From Gemmatimonadota bacterium (GTDB lineage Bacteria > Gemmatimonadota > Gemmatimonadetes > Gemmatimonadales > Gemmatimonadaceae): a DNA stretch of 64,000 nt. Positions 1 through 10,139 of this stretch are shown one piece after another (the first letter of the stretch is position 1; every line of letters starts with the position of its first letter). Under the pieces are notes generated by a model. That model was not told where the DNA came from. It worked only from the letters and a program-made list of their open reading frames with translations, and did not search any database. The stretch lies in contig JADJRJ010000028.1 in the NCBI GenBank assembly GCA_016712265.1, forward strand, positions 1,076,329 through 1,140,328, read 5' to 3'. Made by a program: the position numbers and the translations under genes.

Positions 1-395
1 TGGCGCCGCACGTGCCCGTGTTTGCGGCGGAAGTGGATACGGCGGCGCCGCTCGCGGCCGCCCTGCGCGCGGGGGAGCCGGTGCCCTTTGACTACCAGCC
101 GAGCTTTGTCGACGGCATTGGCGGGCGCTCCGTCCTCGCGGAGATGTGGCCGTTGGCCAGGCGGTTGCTCACCAACTCGATCGTGGTCACCCTCGATGAC
201 GTGCGGGACGCCGTGCGCGTCCTGCTCGCGCGTGGACGCGTGCTCGCGGAGGGTGCGGGAGCGGCCGCGGTCGCCGCTGGTCGCAGTGGCGCGGCCGGCA
301 GTGGAAATGTTGTCTGTGTCATCTCTGGTGGAAACATCAACCTGGACACGGTGGCGGGGTTCCTCGCCCCGCCCGCCGCGGCCATCCGCCCATGA
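1..395 (+). CDS. PLP-dependent threonine/serine dehydratase family protein, C-terminal fragment (5' end outside window)
   Basis: The frame is open from the window edge. The C-terminal motif VCVISGGNINLDTVAGFL is typical of the tryptophan-synthase-beta-fold dehydratases. The TGA stop at 393-395 overlaps the next start (ATGA). Confidence 0.55.
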   Translation, partial: APHVPVFAAEVDTAAPLAAALRAGEPVPFDYQPSFVDGIGGRSVLAEMWPLARRLLTNSIVVTLDDVRDAVRVLLARGRVLAEGAGAAAVAAGRSGAAGSGNVVCVISGGNINLDTVAGFLAPPAAAIRP

Positions 396-1927
396 TCCCT
401 CATCATCTCCCGATGCGATTCACCCTGTGCGCGCTGCTGCTGCCCGTTGCCGCCACGGCCCAGACGCCGCCGGAGTTCGCCGCGGCGCGGCGTGTGATTG
501 ATTCGTTGATGACTGCGCATCGGCTTCCCTCGGTGTCGGTGGCGGTGGCTAAGGACGGTCGCGTGACCTGGGAGCAGGCCTTCGGGCTCGCGGACCGTGA
601 GAAGTCCGTCGCGGCGACGCCCAACACGGCCTACTCACTGGCGTCGATCTCCAAGCCGTTCACCGCCACGGGCCTCATGAAGCTCGTGGAGCGAGGACGG
701 GTGCGGCTCGATCGTCCGGTGAACGAGTACCTCGGCGCCGCGAGGCTCCGCGCCTTCGAGGGCAAGGCCGCGCAGGCGACGGTCCAGCACGTGCTGACGC
801 ACACCGCCGGCTTGCCCTTGCACTACCAGTTCTTCTATCGCGATGCCGGGTACGGCGTCCCGACCACGGACGAGACCATCCGGCGGTTCGGTATCCTCAC
901 CTATCGTCCGGGTGGCGGCTACCAATATTCGAACCTCGGGTTCGGCCTCCTCGACTACGTGATCCGGCGCCAGGGGGGCACGACCTACGGGGACTACATG
1001 CGGCGTGAGGTGTTCGATCCCCTCGGCATGACGCACACCAGCGTGGGGCCACGCCCCGGGCTCGAGGCCGAGACCGCCGTGCGCTACAGTAGCGAAGACC
1101 AGCCGATTCCGTACTACACGTTTGACCACCCGGGGGCGAGCGAGGTCTACGCGAGCGCCCACGACCTCGTGCGTTTCGGCCTGTTCCACCTAGGCCAGGC
1201 CGTCGAGGGGCAACAGGCGATCCTCACCCCGGAGACGCGCGCCGCGATGCAGCGTGATGTGGCCGTGGAGGGACCGGGATCCACCCGGGGCCTCGGCTGG
1301 GCGATTCGCTCCGATGAGTTTGGCTACCGCCGCGTCTCCCACACGGGCGGGATGCCGGGGGTGACCACGATGCTGGCGCTGTATCCGCAGGCCAATGCCG
1401 TGGTGGTTGTCCTGCTCAACAAGTCGGTGCCGCAGGCCATGGCGCGCATCGCGCAGGAGCTGGCCGCGGCGGTGTTGCCGGGCTATGAGGGCAAGCTGCG
1501 CGAGATGCTGGCCCGGCCGACCGCCGTGCCCGTCGCGGCGGACTGGACCTCGCTCATGGGGCAGTGGCGCGGGTATGTGCGCTCCTACGCCGACTCGGTG
1601 GCGGTGCGCGTGACGATCGATGCGTCGGGGCCGCGCGATGTTCGCATCGGCGGAGTCAGCGTGGAGCGTCCCGCCACCAGCAGCTGGAGCAACGGCGTCT
1701 TTGCCATGAGCACGCCGTCCCCGCTGGCGGCGCCCGACATCAAGCGACAGCCCCACGTCCTGTCGTTTGCCCTGCGGCCCCGCGGCGACACGCTCAGTGG
1801 GTATGCGGCTGCGATCTCCGGGCTGCCCGAAGCCACGCGGCAGTACTTCGCCCTGTCGTCCTATGCCCGATTGGTGAAGGAGCGCGTGGCCCGCACGTCC
1901 ACCCTGCCACGCCCCGGGCAGCCATGA
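392..1927 (+). CDS. serine hydrolase, class C beta-lactamase-like, secreted
   Basis: A 511-aa ORF with an N-terminal signal-like hydrophobic stretch, the S-x-x-K motif (SISK) and a YxN-like context. It resembles the beta-lactamase/PBP4-like family. Confidence 0.75.
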   Translation: MIPHHLPMRFTLCALLLPVAATAQTPPEFAAARRVIDSLMTAHRLPSVSVAVAKDGRVTWEQAFGLADREKSVAATPNTAYSLASISKPFTATGLMKLVERGRVRLDRPVNEYLGAARLRAFEGKAAQATVQHVLTHTAGLPLHYQFFYRDAGYGVPTTDETIRRFGILTYRPGGGYQYSNLGFGLLDYVIRRQGGTTYGDYMRREVFDPLGMTHTSVGPRPGLEAETAVRYSSEDQPIPYYTFDHPGASEVYASAHDLVRFGLFHLGQAVEGQQAILTPETRAAMQRDVAVEGPGSTRGLGWAIRSDEFGYRRVSHTGGMPGVTTMLALYPQANAVVVVLLNKSVPQAMARIAQELAAAVLPGYEGKLREMLARPTAVPVAADWTSLMGQWRGYVRSYADSVAVRVTIDASGPRDVRIGGVSVERPATSSWSNGVFAMSTPSPLAAPDIKRQPHVLSFALRPRGDTLSGYAAAISGLPEATRQYFALSSYARLVKERVARTSTLPRPGQP

Positions 1928-2355
1928 CCGAACCGACGACCGGCCGCGACCCGCGCGTACGCAACCTCGTCTCGGTCGGCGCCGGCGTGTTCATCGGCGT
2001 GATCCTGATCGTGATCCTGCAAGCGGCGAATGCCATGGCCTTTCCGCCGCCTCCCGGCACCGACCCCAACGATCCGGAGTCGATGCGCCGCGCGATGGCC
2101 GCGATGACCACGCCGGCCTACATGGGGCTCGTCGCGGGGTACCTCATTGCCACCACCGTGGCCTGCACCCTCGCGGCCCGCCTCGCCGGCACCGATCCCT
2201 CGCGCCGTGCGCGCCTCGTCGGCCTCGCGTTCATTGTCGCCGGGGTCATGAACTTCCGGGCGATTCCGCACCCGGGCTGGGTCGTCGTCGCGACGCTGGC
2301 TGCGTTTGTCTCCGCGATGGTCCTCGGCCCGCGACTCGCTGGCCGGGTGTCGTAG
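1924..2355 (+). CDS. small integral membrane protein, hypothetical
   Basis: The ATG at 1924 overlaps the preceding stop (ATGA). About 143 aa with 4 predicted hydrophobic helices. The start is uncertain, since the ORF track frame opens at 1564. Confidence 0.45.
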   Translation: MTEPTTGRDPRVRNLVSVGAGVFIGVILIVILQAANAMAFPPPPGTDPNDPESMRRAMAAMTTPAYMGLVAGYLIATTVACTLAARLAGTDPSRRARLVGLAFIVAGVMNFRAIPHPGWVVVATLAAFVSAMVLGPRLAGRVS

Positions 2356-2366
2356 CGCCCGCAGCG

Positions 2367-3491
2367 TCAGCCCAGGTATCCGCTGATCCACTCGCCGGCG
2401 TAGTAGCCGGCGATCGCGACGCCAAGCCCGACGACAAACATGTCGATGCCGGACCGGATCACGCCGCGGCCGGTGAAGAGTGACCGCGCGGCCCCCACCA
2501 GGAAATGGGCCGCCATCGCCAGCACGAAGGACGCCACGATCGCCGGCCTCCCGGAGGTCACGAAGAACGGGAACACCGGGATGAGCGCGCCGATTGCGGT
2601 GGCGAGCCCCGTGATCCAGGCCTCACGCCATGGGTTGGTCGCTTCTCCGGAGATCCCCAGCTCGAGCTGGACCTTCTCCTTCAACATGCGCTCAGGGTCT
2701 CGCATCGCATCACGGGCCAGGGCCTGGGCTCCGTCCGGTGACATCCCCTTGGCCTCGTACAGCAGGGCCAGCTCCTCTTGCTCGAGCTCCGGCATGAGGG
2801 CGATCTCGTCGCGCTCCATGGCGATCTCGTTGTCGTACACTTCCTGCTCGCTCTTCGCGGCCAGGTAGCCGCTGGAACCCATGGAGAGGGCATCGGCCAC
2901 CAATCCCGCGACACCCGCGACCACGACGGCTTCGTGCTGCTGAGTGGCCGTCGCGCCAAGGACGCCGGCCACCAATCCGAAATTCGCCGTGAGGCCATCG
3001 TTGAAGCCGTAGACCACGTTGCGGAGGAACCCACCGGACTCCGCACGGTGCCATGGCTCGCTGCTACCGCCGGCGATGCGCGAGAGTTCGCTGGCGTGTT
3101 CAGCGCTCTCGCGGGCGAGGAGCAGCGACTCGTCGCTCCCCGCCATCCCCTTGGGGGTGCCACGGTGCATCGACAAGTAATGACGCACCTCCCGGCCTTC
3201 CTCCCGAAGCAGGGCCGGGAGGATCGTGCGCGCGCCAAAGCGCCTGCCTAACGCGACGGTGAGACGCGCGCGCAGGGTTGGGCGATGAGGTCCAGGGGAC
3301 GCACCATGCTGCTCCAGCAGGTCTCGCCAGATCGACAGGTGTCGATCCTCCACGTCCGCAAGCTTGCGAAAGACCTCACGGCGCGCTGGCTCACCTTCGA
3401 CGGCGGCGAGCGCGCGGTACAGGAAGGCGGCGTCGCCTTCGTCCTGCCAGTGTTCGCGAAAGGCGCTGAGGTCCGGGGTGGGCGCAGGCAT
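2367..3491 (-). CDS. VIT1/CCC1-family iron/manganese transporter with N-terminal ferritin-like (rubrerythrin-type) domain
   Basis: 374 aa starting MPAPTPDLSAF (CAT at 3489-3491). The C-terminal half has the VIT/DUF125 membrane domain (GFNDGLTANFGLVAG ... AGYYAGEWIS). The longer 693-aa track ORF is antisense to the PDZ gene and is rejected. Confidence 0.75.
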   Translation of the reverse strand: MPAPTPDLSAFREHWQDEGDAAFLYRALAAVEGEPARREVFRKLADVEDRHLSIWRDLLEQHGASPGPHRPTLRARLTVALGRRFGARTILPALLREEGREVRHYLSMHRGTPKGMAGSDESLLLARESAEHASELSRIAGGSSEPWHRAESGGFLRNVVYGFNDGLTANFGLVAGVLGATATQQHEAVVVAGVAGLVADALSMGSSGYLAAKSEQEVYDNEIAMERDEIALMPELEQEELALLYEAKGMSPDGAQALARDAMRDPERMLKEKVQLELGISGEATNPWREAWITGLATAIGALIPVFPFFVTSGRPAIVASFVLAMAAHFLVGAARSLFTGRGVIRSGIDMFVVGLGVAIAGYYAGEWISGYLG

Positions 3492-3576
3492 CAACAACCT
3501 CGAGAGAGCGGGCCCCGGGAAGGTCGGGAAACCCTCGTCGCGGCCGCGGTGACTGATCGCATGTAACGTAACCCGA

Positions 3577-4716
3577 ATGCCCATGACGACCCTTCGATTT
3601 CTCGCGCCCCTCGCGCTCGTGGCCGCTGCCGCGGACCTCACCGGCCAGCAGGTCCGTACCTTCTCCTCCACGGCCCGTGACGATGATCGACCCCGGATCG
3701 GGGTGACCACCGGCCCCGGCGGCTCTCGCGATACCCTTGGCCTGCTGGTGACCGATGTAACCCGCGGCGGCCCTGCGGCCACCGCGGGCATCGAGGAAGG
3801 GGACCGACTGGTGTCGGTGAATGGCGTCAACTTGCGGCTGTCGGCACAGGACGTCGAGGACCTGGAGCTGGCCGGGATCGGGACCCGGCGCCTCGTGCGT
3901 GAGCTTGGCAAGGTGAAGGCCGGCGATCGGGTCACCCTCAAGGTGTACCGCGAAGGGCAGGTCCGTGACGTGGCGGTCACGACGGTCACTGCCGACGCGT
4001 TGCAGCCGGAACGGGTGACGGTCGCGTCGACCCGGCGCCGGTCTGATGAGCGAGCAACGTTAGGCATCGGGCTCGGCATGTCCGGATCACGGCGCGACAC
4101 ACTCGGCATTCTCGTGGCGTCCGTGACCGACGATGGACCGGCAGACAAGGCGCGCATCGAGGAAGGGGACCGCATCGCCGCCATCAATGGCGTTGACCTG
4201 CGGGTCCCCGGGGCGGATGCGGGCGACTGGAGCATGAGCAACAGCCGCATGCGGCGACTCACGCGTGAGATGGAGAAGGCAAAAGCTGGCGACGAGGTCG
4301 AGTTGCGCCTCATGCGCTCCGGCCAGGCGCGGACCGTGCGCGTGAAGACGATCGCCCAGAAGGACCTGCCGCGGTCGGGGTCGATCGCCATCGGGGACGA
4401 CGGGTTCTCGTTCTTCGGCGATGGCGCGCGCGGCTTCTCGTTCTCCATGCCGCGTGGGGGCGTGCAGGCGCTGCCGCGCTTCGATGGTCAGGGGATGATG
4501 TTCTTTGATCGTGGCGAAGATGGGCGGGTCGACCTTCGGATGTCGCCAGAGCGTCGGGCCGAGCTCGAGGGTCGCGTCGAGGAGCTGATGCGTCGGTTTG
4601 ACGGAGGTCGGGTCATCGTCCGTCCTCGTGTGAGAATTCAGAGCGACGAGAGTGGCGCCGGCGCTGCCCCGAAGGTCGAGGTCCGCGTCAGGCGCTCAGG
4701 TGCGACCGCGATGTAG
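3577..4716 (+). CDS. secreted protein with two PDZ domains
   Basis: A signal peptide (MPMTTLRFLAPLALVAAAADLTG) and two GLLVTDVTRGGPAA... / GILVASVTDDGPADKARIEEGDRI PDZ-like repeats. It has no protease domain. Confidence 0.7.
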   Translation: MPMTTLRFLAPLALVAAAADLTGQQVRTFSSTARDDDRPRIGVTTGPGGSRDTLGLLVTDVTRGGPAATAGIEEGDRLVSVNGVNLRLSAQDVEDLELAGIGTRRLVRELGKVKAGDRVTLKVYREGQVRDVAVTTVTADALQPERVTVASTRRRSDERATLGIGLGMSGSRRDTLGILVASVTDDGPADKARIEEGDRIAAINGVDLRVPGADAGDWSMSNSRMRRLTREMEKAKAGDEVELRLMRSGQARTVRVKTIAQKDLPRSGSIAIGDDGFSFFGDGARGFSFSMPRGGVQALPRFDGQGMMFFDRGEDGRVDLRMSPERRAELEGRVEELMRRFDGGRVIVRPRVRIQSDESGAGAAPKVEVRVRRSGATAM

Positions 4717-4852
4717 CAACGGGACGGGACGTCCTCCAGGGAGCCGAAAGGGCCGGGCCTTCACGCCTCGGCTCTTTCATCGTTCCATGTCAGGGTTGCC
4801 CTTTCGTTCCCACGGATTTAGGATAGACTCACTTTCTCTTTCGTTGATCCGT

Positions 4853-7060
4853 ATGTCCATGCGGTGGCGTCTTGGCGCTGGCCTCCTTCTTTTCGCCCGT
4901 GTCGCGGCCTCCCAGGTCGCGGCGGCGGTCACCGTGCGAATCACCGATCAGAGCGCGACGCCGGTTCGCGGGGCTCGCCTCGAAGTTGTGGGGGCCGATG
5001 TTGGAGTGAGCGCGGGGGCTGATGGCCGTGCGAGACTCCGTTTGGCGGCGGGACTGCATAGGGTCCTCGTAACCGCCCTCGGGTTTGCGCCGCGACAACT
5101 GCATCTCGAGATCGTCGGGGACGGCACCGACCGGATCGAGGTGGTACTGGAGCGTACCGCGCTCTCTTTGGCTGGCGTGACCGTCACTGCCGCGCCCACC
5201 GCGCAGTCACTCGGCGATGTTGCCGCACCGGTGAGCAGCATGGACGCGCGCGCCCTGAATCGATCGCTGGCGAACTCGCTGTCTGCGACCTTGTCGCGAC
5301 AGGCCGGGGTGACGGTGCGCTCGCAGGGACCGGCGGCCTCCATGCCCATCATCCGCGGCCTCACCGGTGATCGTATTGTGGTGCTGCAGGACGGACAGCG
5401 GGCTGCGGACCTCGCGTCGACCGCGTCGGACCACGGCATCACGGTGGACCCACTCGCCGCCCGGGGCATCGAGGTCGTGCGCGGCCCGGCCGCCCTGTTG
5501 TACGGCTCGAATGCGTTAGGCGGAGTGGTGAACGTCATCTCGGACGACATCCCCAGGGTCATACCGGCCGGGCGCACGACGAGCCTTGCCCTCACCACGG
5601 AGTCGGCGATGCGGGGCGGCGGGGGGTGGGGGGAGGTGGTCCAGCCGCTCGGCCAGCACGCGGCGGTCACCATGAAGGGTGGCGCCCGATCCCATGCGGA
5701 CCAGTTAACTCCTGCAGGGCCACGGCTGGGCAATACCAGTTCGAGGAATCGTTCGGCGGTCATTGGTGCTGGGGCCTCGCGCGACGGGTGGGCGGCGGGC
5801 ATGGCGTGGCGAAGGTACGGCTTCGAGTATGGGCTCCCATATCGGGACCGTCCGGAGGAGGGGATCCGCTTGCGCGGGGCCCGCGAGGAGCTGCTTGCTC
5901 GCGCCACCGTGCCACGTGTCGGGCCATTCTCCCAACTCCGTGTGGAGGGCGGTCACCAGCGCTATGCCCACGACGAAGTGGCCACAACGGGCGATGTCGC
6001 CACGACCCTCGGGCTGGTGACGACCCAGCTGCAGATGATTGGGGCCGTTCGGCCAGCAGGCGTTGTGGCCGGTGGTGCACTGGGGTTGACCTGGTCGACT
6101 CGGGAGAACGGGGTGACGGGTGAGCAGGCGCTCACGCCGCCGAGCCGGGTGGAGCAGACGGGCGCGGTGCTGTTCCAGGAAGTGCGGGTTGCGAATCGTC
6201 TGCGCGTTCCGGTCTCCGTGCGTGTTGAGCGGACGAGCATCCGTTCGGTGTCCAGTGTTCAATTTGGCGATGCCGTGTCGCGTCGTTTCGATGCGGTGTC
6301 CGCGTCGGGCGGTGTGGTGTGGTCCCTGTTCAGAGCCGGTTCACTGGCGCTCAGTGGCGCCCATGCGGTTCGGGCACCGTCCGTCGAGGAGCTATTCTCC
6401 CGGGCTGGCCACGCGGGCACGGGAGCCTACGAAATCGGCAACGCGGCGTTGGCACCTGAGGTTACCGACGGTGTCGACCTCGTGTGGCGTGTGGAACGAC
6501 CCGGGATGCGGGCGCAGGTCGCCGGGTATCACTCCTCGGTGCGTGGGTGGATCGGCATGTACCCTACGGGTCGGGACACATCGGTTGTCGTGGGTGATGT
6601 CGCGAAGGTTCTGCCGCTCTTCGTGGTCAGCCAGCGGCCCGCCCGTCTCACGGGGCTGGAATTCGACGTTGAGCGGGTGATCCGGGCGCACGTCGTGGCC
6701 GGCCTGGTCGGCGATGTCATGCGGGCGCGCGACGCGACAGGAGGAGCCTTGCCGTTCATGCCTGCCGCGCGCCTTGGCGGGCACGTGCGCTACGACAACC
6801 AGCGCGTGCAGCTCGGGGGTGCGGTGCGGCGTCAGGCGCGGCAGGGAGAGGTCCCGGACGGAGAGTACCGGGCACCGGGGTACACCCAGGTCGACGGGTT
6901 TCTCGGCCTGACCTGGTTTGCCGGCCCGGCGATGCATGGCGTCATGCTGCGCGTGGACAACGCCGGCAACCGCTTGACGCGGGATGCCACGAGCCGGGCG
7001 AAAGACTATGCCCCAAATGCCGGTCGCAACCTCTCCCTCACCTACCGCGTGTCGTGGTGA
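4853..7060 (+). CDS. TonB-dependent outer-membrane receptor with N-terminal carboxypeptidase-regulatory-like domain (SusC-like)
   Basis: The ATG at 4853 follows a lower-GC promoter-like stretch. There is a signal peptide, a CarbopepD_reg-like segment, a plug region (IIRGLTGDRIVVLQDG, ALLYGSNALGGVVNV), a long beta-barrel and a terminal aromatic residue (W). Confidence 0.8.
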   Translation: MSMRWRLGAGLLLFARVAASQVAAAVTVRITDQSATPVRGARLEVVGADVGVSAGADGRARLRLAAGLHRVLVTALGFAPRQLHLEIVGDGTDRIEVVLERTALSLAGVTVTAAPTAQSLGDVAAPVSSMDARALNRSLANSLSATLSRQAGVTVRSQGPAASMPIIRGLTGDRIVVLQDGQRAADLASTASDHGITVDPLAARGIEVVRGPAALLYGSNALGGVVNVISDDIPRVIPAGRTTSLALTTESAMRGGGGWGEVVQPLGQHAAVTMKGGARSHADQLTPAGPRLGNTSSRNRSAVIGAGASRDGWAAGMAWRRYGFEYGLPYRDRPEEGIRLRGAREELLARATVPRVGPFSQLRVEGGHQRYAHDEVATTGDVATTLGLVTTQLQMIGAVRPAGVVAGGALGLTWSTRENGVTGEQALTPPSRVEQTGAVLFQEVRVANRLRVPVSVRVERTSIRSVSSVQFGDAVSRRFDAVSASGGVVWSLFRAGSLALSGAHAVRAPSVEELFSRAGHAGTGAYEIGNAALAPEVTDGVDLVWRVERPGMRAQVAGYHSSVRGWIGMYPTGRDTSVVVGDVAKVLPLFVVSQRPARLTGLEFDVERVIRAHVVAGLVGDVMRARDATGGALPFMPAARLGGHVRYDNQRVQLGGAVRRQARQGEVPDGEYRAPGYTQVDGFLGLTWFAGPAMHGVMLRVDNAGNRLTRDATSRAKDYAPNAGRNLSLTYRVSW

Positions 7061-7062
7061 GC

Positions 7063-7359
7063 ATGGAACTGGAACTGGCCGTCCTGCTGACGCTGTGTAT
7101 TGTGGGTCCAGCGACCTTTGCCGTCTTCGAGGTGGAGACTCCGGCGTGGCGCAAGATGCTCAAGTGGGGCCTGGTGTGCGCGCTCACCCTGCTCCTGGCG
7201 CAACGCGTCGGCCACTGGGCCCTCCTGCTGCCAGGTGTGCTCGCTGCAGCCGGGCTAACCGTCCATATGATCTGGTGTCGCCGGAACGGGATCCACCCGC
7301 TCCGGGCCACCCCGCGGCGTCGGTACTACGCGCTGCGGGGGTGGCCCTGGGTGGAGTGA
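7063..7359 (+). CDS. small membrane protein, hypothetical
   Basis: A hydrophobic ORF of about 98 aa immediately after the receptor gene. It is convergent with kup. Confidence 0.35.
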   Translation: MELELAVLLTLCIVGPATFAVFEVETPAWRKMLKWGLVCALTLLLAQRVGHWALLLPGVLAAAGLTVHMIWCRRNGIHPLRATPRRRYYALRGWPWVE

Positions 7360-7370
7360 GGGGAGCGCTG

Positions 7371-9365
7371 CTAGAACTCGATCTGCGCGCCCAGCTCAAC
7401 GACCCGGTTGGGCGGAATGCTGAAGTACTGCGTCGCCGATCGGGCGTTGCGCGACATGATGGCAAAGAGGCGCTTGCGCCACCGGACCATTCCCTCGTTG
7501 CTGGTCGCGATCAGCTGCTCACGCCCGAGGTAGTAGGTGGTGTCCATCTTCTTGGTCTTGATGCCCGCTTCCGAGAGGCGGGCGCGAATGTCCTCGACGT
7601 TGGGCTGCTCCATGAAGCCGTAGAGCGCACGCACCCGATGGACCCCCTCGGAGAGGGACTCGAGGCGAATTCGGTCGGAGCTCGGCACCTCGGGCACCTC
7701 ACGTGCGATGATCGAGAGCAGGATGACCTGCTGGTGCAACACCTTGTTGTGCTTGAGGTGGTGGAGCAGGACGACAGGTGTTCCCTCGGACTCCGAGGTC
7801 ATGAAGATCGCCGTGCCGGGGACCCGCACGACCTTGCTGGTCTTGAGGCTCTGCACGAAGTCCTCAATGGGCAGCGAGTTGCGGGTCATGAACTGCCGCA
7901 ATAGCTCCCGGCCGCGCTTCCAGGTGGTCATGAGGGCGAATACTGCGGTGGCAATCGCGAGGGGCACCCACCCACCGGTGGGAACCTTGAGCAGGTTGGC
8001 GGAAAAGAACGTCAGGTCAACGATCATGAACCCCGACAGGAACGCGAGGCACTTGCCGCGGCTCCACCCGAAGCGCTCGCGCGCGACGGAGACGAACAGC
8101 AGGTTGGTGATCACCATCGTGCCTGTCACCGCGACGCCGTACATCTGGCCGAGCTCCTCGACACTTCCGGCCATCACCACGAGCGCCAGGGTCCCGATCG
8201 CGAGCGCGATGTTGATCTCCGGGATGTAGATCTGTCCTGCCTCCTCCTTTGAGGTGTGGACGATGGTGACGCGCGGCGAATATCCCAGCTGCACGGCCTG
8301 TTGGGTCAGCGAGAACGCACCTGAGATCAGCGCCTGGGAGGCCACGATGGCCGCCAACGTCGCGATGACGATTTGTGGCACCAGCCACCACGATGGCACC
8401 AGCAGGTAAAACGGGTTCTCGGCGGCGCTCGGGTTCGCCAGGATCAACGCGCCTTGTCCGAAGTAATTGAGCAGCAGCGCCGGGAGGACCAGCGCGACCC
8501 AGGCGAGACGGATTGGCTTGCGGCCGAAGTGTCCCATGTCGGCGTACAGCGCTTCGCCGCCGGTGACCACGAGCACGACCGCCCCGAGGACCACGAAGGA
8601 CTTGACCGGGTCATCCGTGAAAAAGCGCACCGCGTACATGGGATTGATCGCGGCAAAGATCTCCGGGTGCATCAGGATGCCGCGTATCCCGAGGACCGCA
8701 ATGCTGGAGAACCAGGCCAGCATGATCCAGCCGAAGAGACCGCCGATGCGCGCCGTGCCGTGGTACTGGAAGTAGAACAGGGTGGCGATGATGACGAACG
8801 TCACCGGAACCACGAGGTGCTCAAAGGCGGGATTGAGGACCTTGAGCCCCTCCATCGCCCCTACCACCGAGATGGCCGGTGTGATGATGCCGTCGCCATA
8901 GAGGAAGGCTCCGCCAAAGAGGCCGAGCATGATCAGGGCGGTTCGTCCACCGCGTCCCGACTTCCGCTCGCTGCGCAGGATCAGGGCCAGCAACGCGTAC
9001 ACGCCGCCTTCGCCCTTGTTGTCTGCGCGGAGGATGAAGCCCACGTACTTCACGGAAACAATCAGCACGAGGGACCAGACAATCAGCGACAACAGGCCGT
9101 ACACCCGCCCCGAATCGGCGACCAGGCCGTACACCGGCTTGAACGCGTCCTGGACGGCGTACAGGGGGCTGGTCCCGATGTCGCCATACACCACGCCGAG
9201 GGCGGTGAAGGCCAAGAGGGCGAGTCGCTTCCCGTGCGGGTCCGCCTCGGCTTGAGGGCGTAGGGGCGCGACCGGCACTTCGGCCGTCATCGCCGCGGTC
9301 GTCAGGGCCGCGGAGAGTGGATTGTCGCCCCCGGAGTTGTCTGCGGGGGCGTTGGGGTGGTTCAT
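7371..9365 (-). CDS. kup: KUP/HAK/KT potassium transporter
   Basis: Has the Kup signature GVVYGDIGTSPLY plus multiple TM helices and a cytoplasmic C-domain. The start is ambiguous: MNHPNAP at 9365 or MTAEV at 9290, and the track ORF opens at 9440. Confidence 0.8.
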   Translation of the reverse strand: MNHPNAPADNSGGDNPLSAALTTAAMTAEVPVAPLRPQAEADPHGKRLALLAFTALGVVYGDIGTSPLYAVQDAFKPVYGLVADSGRVYGLLSLIVWSLVLIVSVKYVGFILRADNKGEGGVYALLALILRSERKSGRGGRTALIMLGLFGGAFLYGDGIITPAISVVGAMEGLKVLNPAFEHLVVPVTFVIIATLFYFQYHGTARIGGLFGWIMLAWFSSIAVLGIRGILMHPEIFAAINPMYAVRFFTDDPVKSFVVLGAVVLVVTGGEALYADMGHFGRKPIRLAWVALVLPALLLNYFGQGALILANPSAAENPFYLLVPSWWLVPQIVIATLAAIVASQALISGAFSLTQQAVQLGYSPRVTIVHTSKEEAGQIYIPEINIALAIGTLALVVMAGSVEELGQMYGVAVTGTMVITNLLFVSVARERFGWSRGKCLAFLSGFMIVDLTFFSANLLKVPTGGWVPLAIATAVFALMTTWKRGRELLRQFMTRNSLPIEDFVQSLKTSKVVRVPGTAIFMTSESEGTPVVLLHHLKHNKVLHQQVILLSIIAREVPEVPSSDRIRLESLSEGVHRVRALYGFMEQPNVEDIRARLSEAGIKTKKMDTTYYLGREQLIATSNEGMVRWRKRLFAIMSRNARSATQYFSIPPNRVVELGAQIEF

Positions 9366-9517
9366 ATGTGAACGCCTCACCGTCCCGGGGGGATCGATCG
9401 GCGCATTCGGGCTGAGGTTGTTCCGTGGGGGGAACCCCACGAAAAACGGGCCGCGGCAATGGCGCCGCAGCCCGTCTCGAATTTATGGTGCTGTTCCGCC
9501 CCGTCCAGCGACGAGCG

Positions 9518-10132
9518 TCACGCGCCGCGTTCCGGGCCCTCCGTCGCCGCCGCAGGTCGCTTCAGGATTTCCTCGATCTCGCGGGATGCGCGCTCAAGAA
9601 CTTCCAGGATCTGGCGCGAGGTTTCGGGATGCCGGAGATGCTCGCGCGAAGCGCCAAAGGTCGCCTTGGCAACATGCCCAAAGGCCCGCCCAACCTCGCG
9701 CATCCCCTCGCTGAAAACCGTGGCCCCAATGTCACTGATTCGCTCAAAGATGTCGTCGACCGTCTCCTGATTACGGTCGAGATACTCTCTTCCTTCTGTC
9801 GTGATAGTGTACACCTTCTTTCCACCTTCTTCGGAGGACGTAGCATGCCCCATATCCTCGAGGAGGGTCAACGTGGGATACACGGCACCAGCGGAGGGTG
9901 AATACGCGCCGCCGGACTTTTCCTCGATCGCCTTCATGATTTCGTACCCGTGGCGCGGCTTCTCGGCGAGGAGCTGAAGGATCACAACCTTGAGGTCTCC
10001 CTGGGCGAACATCCGCCCGCCCCATCCGCCACGCGCGCGCCGCCCACCGCCGAAGAAAAACTCACCGAAAGGCCAATCACGCCCACCGCGACGATTGCGA
10101 TTCGGGCCGCACCAGTGCTCGGAGTGCCACAT
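9518..10132 (-). CDS. PadR-family transcriptional regulator with Arg/Gly-rich N-terminal extension
   Basis: The winged HTH core (DLKVVILQLLAEKPRHGYEIMKAIEE...AVYPTLTLLEDMG) is preceded by GGGRRARGGWGGR. The alternative shorter start is at 10012 (MFAQGDL). Confidence 0.7.
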   Translation of the reverse strand: MWHSEHWCGPNRNRRGGRDWPFGEFFFGGGRRARGGWGGRMFAQGDLKVVILQLLAEKPRHGYEIMKAIEEKSGGAYSPSAGAVYPTLTLLEDMGHATSSEEGGKKVYTITTEGREYLDRNQETVDDIFERISDIGATVFSEGMREVGRAFGHVAKATFGASREHLRHPETSRQILEVLERASREIEEILKRPAAATEGPERGA

Positions 10133-10139
10133 GCCGGTA

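Noticed and set aside
3492-4448. Upstream 319 codons of the 693-aa minus-strand ORF 2367..4448
   Set aside because: It is antisense to the well-supported PDZ gene, is Ser/Arg/Pro-rich with no recognisable domain, and the VIT protein has a clean start at 3491.
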